Shown here: positions 57,546-64,000 of the stretch, piece by piece
How the letters are laid out: each line of letters opens with the position of its first letter
Numbering within the stretch: the first letter of the stretch is position 1
NCBI GenBank assembly: GCA_964559555.1
Contig: CAZLHM010000002.1
Location: forward strand, 12,238 to 76,237
Direction of reading: 5' to 3'
DNA from: an uncultured Candidatus Bathyarchaeia archaeon
Lineage (GTDB): Archaea > Thermoproteota > Bathyarchaeia > 40CM-2-53-6
DNA: 64,000 nt
Translations under genes and position numbers: made by a program
Notes under the pieces: generated by a model
Database searches by the model: none
What the model was told of the DNA's origin: nothing
Seen by the model: only the letters and a program-made list of their open reading frames with translations

Positions 57546-59429
57546 ATGATGCGCGGAGGATATGTTGGCAAGGTACTGCGAGCGGATTTGACAAGCAGGA
57601 GATTGAAGGATGAGACTCTCATTGACTTTTTTCCCGAGAACATCTTGAGGGAATACGTCGGGTGTTTCGGGCTTGGTCTGAAGTTTCTCTACGATCATCT
57701 TCGAGTCGGCACCCGAGCCACAGACCCGGAGAACCCTCTGATCTTCATGACGGGTCCGCTCACAGGCGTGGCCTCCATACCTGCTGCCACCAACACGACC
57801 ATTGTCACGTTGAATGCTGATACTATGTTCACAGCGGGGAGGTCTCATTCTCACGGTTTCTGGGGTCCTCACCTGAAGTTTGCAGGCTATGATGGCATCA
57901 TACTGCTCGGTGCTGCAAGCCAGCCAGTGTATCTTTGGGTGAATGATGGCGACGCGGAGATCAGAGACGCGAGCAGGTTCTGGGGCAAAGACAAGGACAC
58001 TCACGAAACAGAAGACCTGATCAAGCAAGATGTCGGTGAGCCAAAGGCGAGCGTGGCCGCAATCGGCCCCGCCGGCGAGAACTTAGCTGCCGGCGCTTTG
58101 ATCGCGAATGACAAGAACCATTCATTTTCTCATTCAGGCGTCGGCGTCGTAATGGGCTCAAAGAAGCTCAAAGCCATCGCTGTGTATGGAACGAGGAGGG
58201 TACCCATTGCTGATCTCGAAAGCCTGAAGCAAGTGAGTGCGAGGTGGAAGGAGAACCTCTTCAAGAGCGAAGTGGCAAAGGGTGAAAGCAACGCAGGCGC
58301 GGGAAAAGGAAACTACGCCTATGAGAAGGAGCATTCCATCGCGTCGGGGAAGAACTTCCTTGAGGTGAACCCACCCCAATGGGGCATAGGGATGTCGGAC
58401 AACGAGTTTGTGCTCCGACCCTGTTTCGCCTGCCCGATAGCTTGCAGCTACGATGTCAAAGTCACAGCCGGGCCGTTCAAGGGATACGTCGCAACGATGA
58501 ATGGAGGAGGAGAGAACCTCGAGGGTGCCGCTTCGATATCTGGAGTCTATGAGATGGGTGCCGCGTTTTACCTATGCGACCTTTGCGACCGGTTAGGATT
58601 CGAATCAAGCACCGTTGGATGTACAATAGCTCTGGCGATCGAATGCTACGAGAAAGGTCTCCTGAAGAAAGAAGACACAGATGGCATCGAACTCACTTGG
58701 GGAGATGCTAGGCTCGTGGAAAGATTGCTGAGGATGGCATCCAGGAAAGAGGGGAGACTCGGCGAGCTACTCGTGCTCGGACCCAAGCGAGCAGCTGAGC
58801 GCATCGGTGGGGACGCACCGAAGTTCGCGATCCATGTGAAGGGTACAGGAATGAACCTTCATGATTGGAGAGCGGCATGGGGTACAATGCTCGGCCAAAT
58901 CGTTGGCGGAGGATCCTCATGGCCAGCTCACGGTGCGAACGTGTACGCTCCCGAACCCGATGTTGGATACGAGCAGTTCGTGGATCCCCTTGACCCTGAG
59001 GCTCAACCATCAGCCGTTGCTAAGACATGGCCGAAGAAGTACTGGGACGATTGCCACGGTACATGCTGGTTCTCCACATGGGGCGTTCCAGGAAGCGTTA
59101 GTCTCACGGCCGAGGCCATTGCGGCAGTGACTGGTTGGGACTTCAAGCCAGAAGAAGCGCTCAAAGTCGGCGAGAGAATGGTGCACTTGGAACGAGCGTT
59201 CAACCTGAGACTTGGGCTCAAACCGACAGATGATTATGATGTGTCTCCACGAATCGTGGAGTCGCCTCCCGCGGGAAGAGGCAAGGGCAAACCGATGGCT
59301 CCCCACGTGAAAGCAATGGTGACGGAAGTATACCGATTACTTGGCTGGGATGAGAAGACAGGCAAACCTCTCAAGAGTACGCTTCAAAAGGTCGGTCTTG
59401 GCGAGGTAGCTGACGGAATTTGGAGTTGA
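57546..59429 (+). CDS. Aldehyde:ferredoxin oxidoreductase family (second, divergent copy)
   Basis: GYVGKVLRADL, GPLTG, IGPAGENL, MGSKKLKAI, CFACPIAC and LERAFN. Confidence 0.9.
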   Translation: MMRGGYVGKVLRADLTSRRLKDETLIDFFPENILREYVGCFGLGLKFLYDHLRVGTRATDPENPLIFMTGPLTGVASIPAATNTTIVTLNADTMFTAGRSHSHGFWGPHLKFAGYDGIILLGAASQPVYLWVNDGDAEIRDASRFWGKDKDTHETEDLIKQDVGEPKASVAAIGPAGENLAAGALIANDKNHSFSHSGVGVVMGSKKLKAIAVYGTRRVPIADLESLKQVSARWKENLFKSEVAKGESNAGAGKGNYAYEKEHSIASGKNFLEVNPPQWGIGMSDNEFVLRPCFACPIACSYDVKVTAGPFKGYVATMNGGGENLEGAASISGVYEMGAAFYLCDLCDRLGFESSTVGCTIALAIECYEKGLLKKEDTDGIELTWGDARLVERLLRMASRKEGRLGELLVLGPKRAAERIGGDAPKFAIHVKGTGMNLHDWRAAWGTMLGQIVGGGSSWPAHGANVYAPEPDVGYEQFVDPLDPEAQPSAVAKTWPKKYWDDCHGTCWFSTWGVPGSVSLTAEAIAAVTGWDFKPEEALKVGERMVHLERAFNLRLGLKPTDDYDVSPRIVESPPAGRGKGKPMAPHVKAMVTEVYRLLGWDEKTGKPLKSTLQKVGLGEVADGIWS

Positions 59430-59430
59430 G

Positions 59431-60204
59431 GTGCAAGACATGAAGAGACTAGAAAACAGAGTTGCCGTCGTGACGGGAGCAGCTCAAGGAAACGGAAAAG
59501 GAATAGCAAAACGGTTGGCCGAAGAAGGTGCCACCGTGATACTGACGGACGTACTAGAGAAGGTCCACGAGACCGCGAATGAGCTGAAGGTATCGGGCTG
59601 GAAAGCTGTCGGAATGAAGATGGATGTCACAAAGCATGATGACGTGAACGAGACAATCAAGGAAGTTCTTGAGCAGTTCGGGAAGATCGATATCCTTGTG
59701 AACAATGCTGGAATCTATCCAGATGAGCCTTCCATCCCTGATATGCCGGAGGACTTCTGGGACAGGATGTTCAACGTCAACGTGAAAGGCATCTTCTACT
59801 GTCTGAAAGCCGTCCTTCCAACCATGATAGAAAGAAAACAAGGCAAGATCATCAACATGTCATCTGTCACTGGACCAATGGTATCTGTCCCTCGTTCGGC
59901 TGCGTACTCGGCGACGAAAGCGGCCATCTCAGGAATGACGCGAGCTCTGGCCCTTGAGTTCGCGGAACACAACATCAACGTGAACGCAATGTGTCCTGGC
60001 TACGTCAAGACGCCGGGATCGCAATACCTAGCCGAGAAGGAAAACAAGATAGCAGCGTCGATACCACTCAGAAGGTTTGGAACCCCAGAAGATGTAGGGG
60101 ATCTAGCTGTCTTTCTGGCCTCTGACGAATCAAAGTACATAACTGGAGCAGAATTGGTGATCGATGGAGGAAATATCATACAAGAAGTCAAGACGGTTCC
60201 CTGA
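59431..60204 (+). CDS. Short-chain dehydrogenase/reductase
   Basis: TGAAQGNG, NNAG, YSATK and CPGYVKT. Confidence 0.92.
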   Translation: MQDMKRLENRVAVVTGAAQGNGKGIAKRLAEEGATVILTDVLEKVHETANELKVSGWKAVGMKMDVTKHDDVNETIKEVLEQFGKIDILVNNAGIYPDEPSIPDMPEDFWDRMFNVNVKGIFYCLKAVLPTMIERKQGKIINMSSVTGPMVSVPRSAAYSATKAAISGMTRALALEFAEHNINVNAMCPGYVKTPGSQYLAEKENKIAASIPLRRFGTPEDVGDLAVFLASDESKYITGAELVIDGGNIIQEVKTVP

Positions 60205-60294
60205 ACATCAGCTCGAACAAGAAGTAGAGGCTCACCTCGCCTCTTGTCGCTCGATGGTTTGATATCAGGGCGTCGGCGTGCTTCTAGTTGCGAC

Positions 60295-61620
60295 CTAGAT
60301 TCGTCCCTGGCTCTTTGCGTCCTTGAGAACGTCTTCGAATCTGTCAGCGATCTCTTCGATCTGCTCCCGCTTTGCGTTGACAGCAGGTTTCATCTTCAGG
60401 ACATTGCCGTGTGCGCCGAATACGGGACCAGAGATCCCGATCATTAGCCCCTTGTCATAGGCCTTCTTGACGAGGTAAGCGGCTTCTTGGTTAGCAGGTT
60501 TCTTGCTCTTCCGGTCCTTCACCATCTCCATTCCTATCATCAGTCCCAAGCCCCTCACGTCTCCGATGGCAGGGTAACGCTTCGCGATCTCGTCAAGACG
60601 ATTCATCAGTATCTTGCCCATTCTGGTTGAGTTCTCAGCAAGCTTCTCCTTTTGCATTACCTCAATCATGGCCAGTGAGGCTGTGCAGGAGATGGGGTGA
60701 CCAAGCTGCGTCCACCCTATTTCCCAACCCTTCACGCTCGCATACTCCTCTGTTGCCATGGCTGCAGCAAGTGGGAATCCTCCTCCGATGGATTTCCCTA
60801 GGGTCAGAATGTCAGGTTTCAGGTGATATAGATCGGAAGCGAAGAAGCTTCCGCATCGGCAGAATCCGGTCTGGACCTCATCGACTATGAGCGCCACATC
60901 GTTCTGCGCGCAAATCTTGCAGCTGATCTCCATGGCTTTCTCTGGGGCAACGATCATCCCTCCGTTTGCTTGGACAAGCTCGAAGAACACGCCGGCCGGC
61001 TTCGAGTCCACACAGTGCCTCAGCGCAGATTCGATGAATTGTGCGCAAAAGGCATCGCAGTCAGGGTACTCCAACCCATAGTGGCAACGGTAGCAGTAGA
61101 AGTTGGGGATCCTAGTTTGTTTTGTAAGGTACCGTTCAAGACCTGTCTTGCACTCCCCAAGCATCATCGGCTCGGTGTAGCTGAGCGGAATTGTCCCGAA
61201 CGTCCTGCCGTGGAAGCTACTGTAGAACGTAACAAACTCCTGACCGCCGGTCTTCCGCATAGCAAGGTGCATCGCTGCTTCGTTCGCGCCCGCACCAGAC
61301 AACGCAAACAGTGTCTTCTTCAACTTTCCAGGTGCAATCTCCGAGAGTTTCCTAGCGAGCAGGAGCCGCGGTATAGAATCGTAGACCGGGCTGACATACT
61401 CAATCTGCTCCATCTGTTTCTTGATGGCGTCGATCACGTGTTGATTCCTGTATCCGAGATTAAGAACCCATTCCGCTGATATGGCGTCGAGGTACTCTTT
61501 GCCCGTTATGTCTTTGACATACATGCCCTCGCCTTGCACGAAGGTTATGGGAACATCTCCCATGACCTTGATCTCGTATTCCTCTCTCATCTTGCGAATC
61601 TGTTCTTGTGTCAGGGTCAC
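60295..61620 (-). CDS. Class-III PLP aminotransferase
   Basis: FHGRT, DEVQTG, TLGKSIGGG and DVRGLGLMIG. Confidence 0.92.
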   Translation of the reverse strand: MTLTQEQIRKMREEYEIKVMGDVPITFVQGEGMYVKDITGKEYLDAISAEWVLNLGYRNQHVIDAIKKQMEQIEYVSPVYDSIPRLLLARKLSEIAPGKLKKTLFALSGAGANEAAMHLAMRKTGGQEFVTFYSSFHGRTFGTIPLSYTEPMMLGECKTGLERYLTKQTRIPNFYCYRCHYGLEYPDCDAFCAQFIESALRHCVDSKPAGVFFELVQANGGMIVAPEKAMEISCKICAQNDVALIVDEVQTGFCRCGSFFASDLYHLKPDILTLGKSIGGGFPLAAAMATEEYASVKGWEIGWTQLGHPISCTASLAMIEVMQKEKLAENSTRMGKILMNRLDEIAKRYPAIGDVRGLGLMIGMEMVKDRKSKKPANQEAAYLVKKAYDKGLMIGISGPVFGAHGNVLKMKPAVNAKREQIEEIADRFEDVLKDAKSQGRI

Positions 61621-61646
61621 CTGAATTCACCTTCTCACGGCGCATA

Positions 61647-62681
61647 TCACGCGTTCGACTGTACTAGCGCTTTGATCAGCTCTTTGTCAGTGTGTAGTAA
61701 TTTCAAGGCTTCGCCAATTTCGTCGAGCTTGAACCTGTGAGTGATCAGCGTTTTCACGTCAAGTCTTCCGCTGGCTAACAGAGCTAGCGCTACGGGATAC
61801 TTCATTGGCGCGCCAGCCACTCCGTAGACAGAGAGCTCTTTGCTCAGGATCAGCTCTGAAGGGGGACCATGAGTCATGAGTTCCTCGGATGATCCAACCA
61901 GTAATACTCTTCCAGAATTTCTTGCGATGTAGGGGGCTATCTCGACGGTCTTCGGTGATCCGGTCGTGTCTACGACGATGTCGGCTCCACCGCGTGTAAG
62001 CTGTCCGATCTTGGCTCTGAGATCCTCCACTGAAGGATTAACTTGGTGATCGGCTCCGAATTTCTTCGAGAGAACGAGACGGCGCTGATTGACCTCCACA
62101 GCCAAGACGTTTAGGCCGGCGACCTTCGCCACCTGAGTGTGCAGGAGCCCAATAGGCCCCTGACCGAGAATGGCTATGTTCTCGCCCGGCATGGGTTTGG
62201 CATAGTCCATCGTATGCAGAGCTACGGCTGCAGGTTCCAACATCGCTGCCTCCTCAAAGGAGACCCGTTCAGGAATCTGGAAGACGTTCTTCTCAGGGGC
62301 TACTACGAACTCCGCAATTGAGCCATCGATGTGCATGCCCATGATGTTCCTGTTTTCACATACGGTGTATCTACCCTTGAGGCATGCATTGCACTTGCCG
62401 CAGTATCTGACGGGTTCAGCCGTGACTCGATCTCCAATGCGAAGAGTGGTCACATTCACTCCTACTTCAGCGACAATTCCAGAGAAGTCGTGTCCAAGGA
62501 CGAGCGGAGCGTTGACGGGGAAGTTACCGCGGTAGATGTGACTGTCGGTTCCGCAGAGGCTGCTCCACTTGACCTTGATTGAGACAGAGTCCACATCGAT
62601 CGAGGGTTCGGGCCGTTCTTCTACTCTGACATCTCCAGGCCCGTGGAACACTGCTGCCTTCAAAGTCCACTGTACCCGCAA
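61647..62681 (-). CDS. Zn-dependent (MDR) polyol/alcohol dehydrogenase
   Basis: LCGTDSH, GHDFSG, CGKCNAC...C and GQGPIG. Confidence 0.9.
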   Translation of the reverse strand: MRVQWTLKAAVFHGPGDVRVEERPEPSIDVDSVSIKVKWSSLCGTDSHIYRGNFPVNAPLVLGHDFSGIVAEVGVNVTTLRIGDRVTAEPVRYCGKCNACLKGRYTVCENRNIMGMHIDGSIAEFVVAPEKNVFQIPERVSFEEAAMLEPAAVALHTMDYAKPMPGENIAILGQGPIGLLHTQVAKVAGLNVLAVEVNQRRLVLSKKFGADHQVNPSVEDLRAKIGQLTRGGADIVVDTTGSPKTVEIAPYIARNSGRVLLVGSSEELMTHGPPSELILSKELSVYGVAGAPMKYPVALALLASGRLDVKTLITHRFKLDEIGEALKLLHTDKELIKALVQSNA

Positions 62682-62730
62682 ACGAGCGATCTAAGTCTCG
62701 AGTCTTTGGGTTCTGAGAGATTAATGATTC

Positions 62731-63588
62731 CTATTTCTTCTCTAGACTCTTGATCGCTTCGAAAGCGATCTTCAGCACTGACTTTACTCTCCGTTCGCTC
62801 TCCCCAGGCAAGATCTCATCGTTAGTGATCATGTTCCCTGTGACACAGAAGAAGGCACCGCACTTGAGTCCTCTAAGTCTCGCAGGCACGATCGTGGCCG
62901 CTGCCTCATTCTCAACCGCGAGTACGCCGGCACGAGCGAATGTCGAGATTCTGGATAGTCTTCTTTCGGTGTGCGAGAAAGCTCTCGGTCCTCCTCCTCC
63001 GGTAGGATCTCCCATCCCTTCGTTTGTCTCAACGAAGTATGCGTCGTGGGTTCTGGTGATGCCCAGATAGTACTTCTCTCCTAGTTTCTCCGCGGCGTCA
63101 ACGAGCGCCCTCGTGACCTCAAGGCTGCAGACCGCCGGATATTCAGGAGGCATGTATTCCAAGGATGCTCCATCAGCTCTGACGCAGCCCTCCCCTATCA
63201 CGAGATCAGCAAGTTTGAGCCAGCTCTGAAGTGACCCGCAGGTTCCAAACCGTATGAACGTGTGCACACCTATGTTGGCGAGTTCCTCCACAGTCACAGA
63301 AGCCGCGGCCGATCCCCAGTTTGTTGCTGCAACTGCAACTCTGACCCCCTCGTATAGGCCGGTCCATGTTGTGTTGCCTCTGAAGTCGCCGACCATTCTC
63401 GCATCTTTCAGATGGTCGACGGCGAGTTTCCCTTTGCTTCCAAACTCATCTCTCCATACTAATGCGTACTTGCCGATGTTCTCATCTGGTCTTATTCTCA
63501 GTCCCACATCCCAAAGCATTCCAACATATCCTTGAGGAGTTGTCAGCTCATCGATTGCATACTTCTTCTTGGGTTCAGCCTTTGACAA
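62731..63588 (-). CDS. Nucleoside phosphorylase (PNP/UDP family), atypical
   Basis: VEELANIG, IRFGTCGS, VRADGAS.EY.P.EYPA, DAYF and VENEAA. Confidence 0.82.
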   Translation of the reverse strand: MSKAEPKKKYAIDELTTPQGYVGMLWDVGLRIRPDENIGKYALVWRDEFGSKGKLAVDHLKDARMVGDFRGNTTWTGLYEGVRVAVAATNWGSAAASVTVEELANIGVHTFIRFGTCGSLQSWLKLADLVIGEGCVRADGASLEYMPPEYPAVCSLEVTRALVDAAEKLGEKYYLGITRTHDAYFVETNEGMGDPTGGGGPRAFSHTERRLSRISTFARAGVLAVENEAAATIVPARLRGLKCGAFFCVTGNMITNDEILPGESERRVKSVLKIAFEAIKSLEKK

Positions 63589-64000
63589 TCCACTTCGCCG
63601 TCAACGCAAAGACGGAAGATTGTATATAACGATTTCAAATCCAACAAGATGCGCTTCATTGAAGTTTCTCAATCGGATTGTTCTAGATTTCTCCAACCTA
63701 CAATTGATGACTAGCCCGATTGGCTATCGCAGACTGAATCGTACACTGACTGAATATATAGAAATCGAGCCATGTCTTGATATCGCAAGTTCAGGCAGCG
63801 TCCAGTCGAGCCGTCGAAATCAATAGCACTCAGCATGTGTTGAGCTTGCGGATCCTCTAGAGGCTCTTGACGAAGACTCTAGGAGTGTACACGTGAATTC
63901 CCTGAAAGGAAGCGAGCGATGATGGTGCGGAGCTGAAGGACAGATGAGGAAAGCAATCGTGGGATACTTCGACCTTTGTACGGGTTGCGGGATCTGCGAA

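Noticed and set aside
185..63826. Numerous 60-200 aa ORFs antisense to or overlapping recognised genes (e.g. 7980-8600, 35729-36295, 49069-49632, 57477-58028)
   Set aside because: Shadow frames of well-supported genes, with no family motifs.
1..64000. CRISPR array, rRNA, transposase or integrase
   Set aside because: I found no periodic repeat-spacer pattern, rRNA-like sequence or recombinase/DDE motif by eye.
63589..64000. ORF 63569-63826 or a gene at the right edge
   Set aside because: It overlaps the TATA-like TTATATAC promoter region of the phosphorylase and has no recognisable product.

Overview
Archaeal genomic DNA. Diphthine synthase, CTP-dependent riboflavin kinase, RibL, DUF357, TrmB, tungsten-type AORs and a BHB-intron tRNA support this; a Bathyarchaeia-like lineage is my inference, not a database result. 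Layout: (i) 1-4.9 kb holds housekeeping genes (nfi end, ribK, ribL, DUF357, dph5, M29 aminopeptidase, FTR1). (ii) 5044-5177 is a tRNA-Lys(CTT) that folds only if three introns are removed. (iii) 5.2-9.5 kb is a toxin-antitoxin/defence islet directly behind the tRNA (TPR-like/HEPN protein, HEPN, AbiEi/AbiEii, wHTH-MNT, truncated HEPN). (iv) An orphan PAS/GAF histidine kinase follows. (v) The remaining ~51 kb is a paralog-rich catabolic region for nitrogenous and cyclitol substrates. The best candidate for an undescribed system is a complete three-gene 4-hydroxyphenylacetate-decarboxylase-like glycyl-radical module (19682-23730) in which both catalytic glutamates of the characterised enzyme appear replaced (Gln507, Asn640). 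It lies among other intact enzymes with altered catalytic motifs. Second is a Thermotoga-type inositol pathway (IolG/M/N/O plus UxaE, IolI) extended by a DegT-family aminotransferase, suggesting aminocyclitol catabolism. All calls rest on manual motif recognition; no searches were run.
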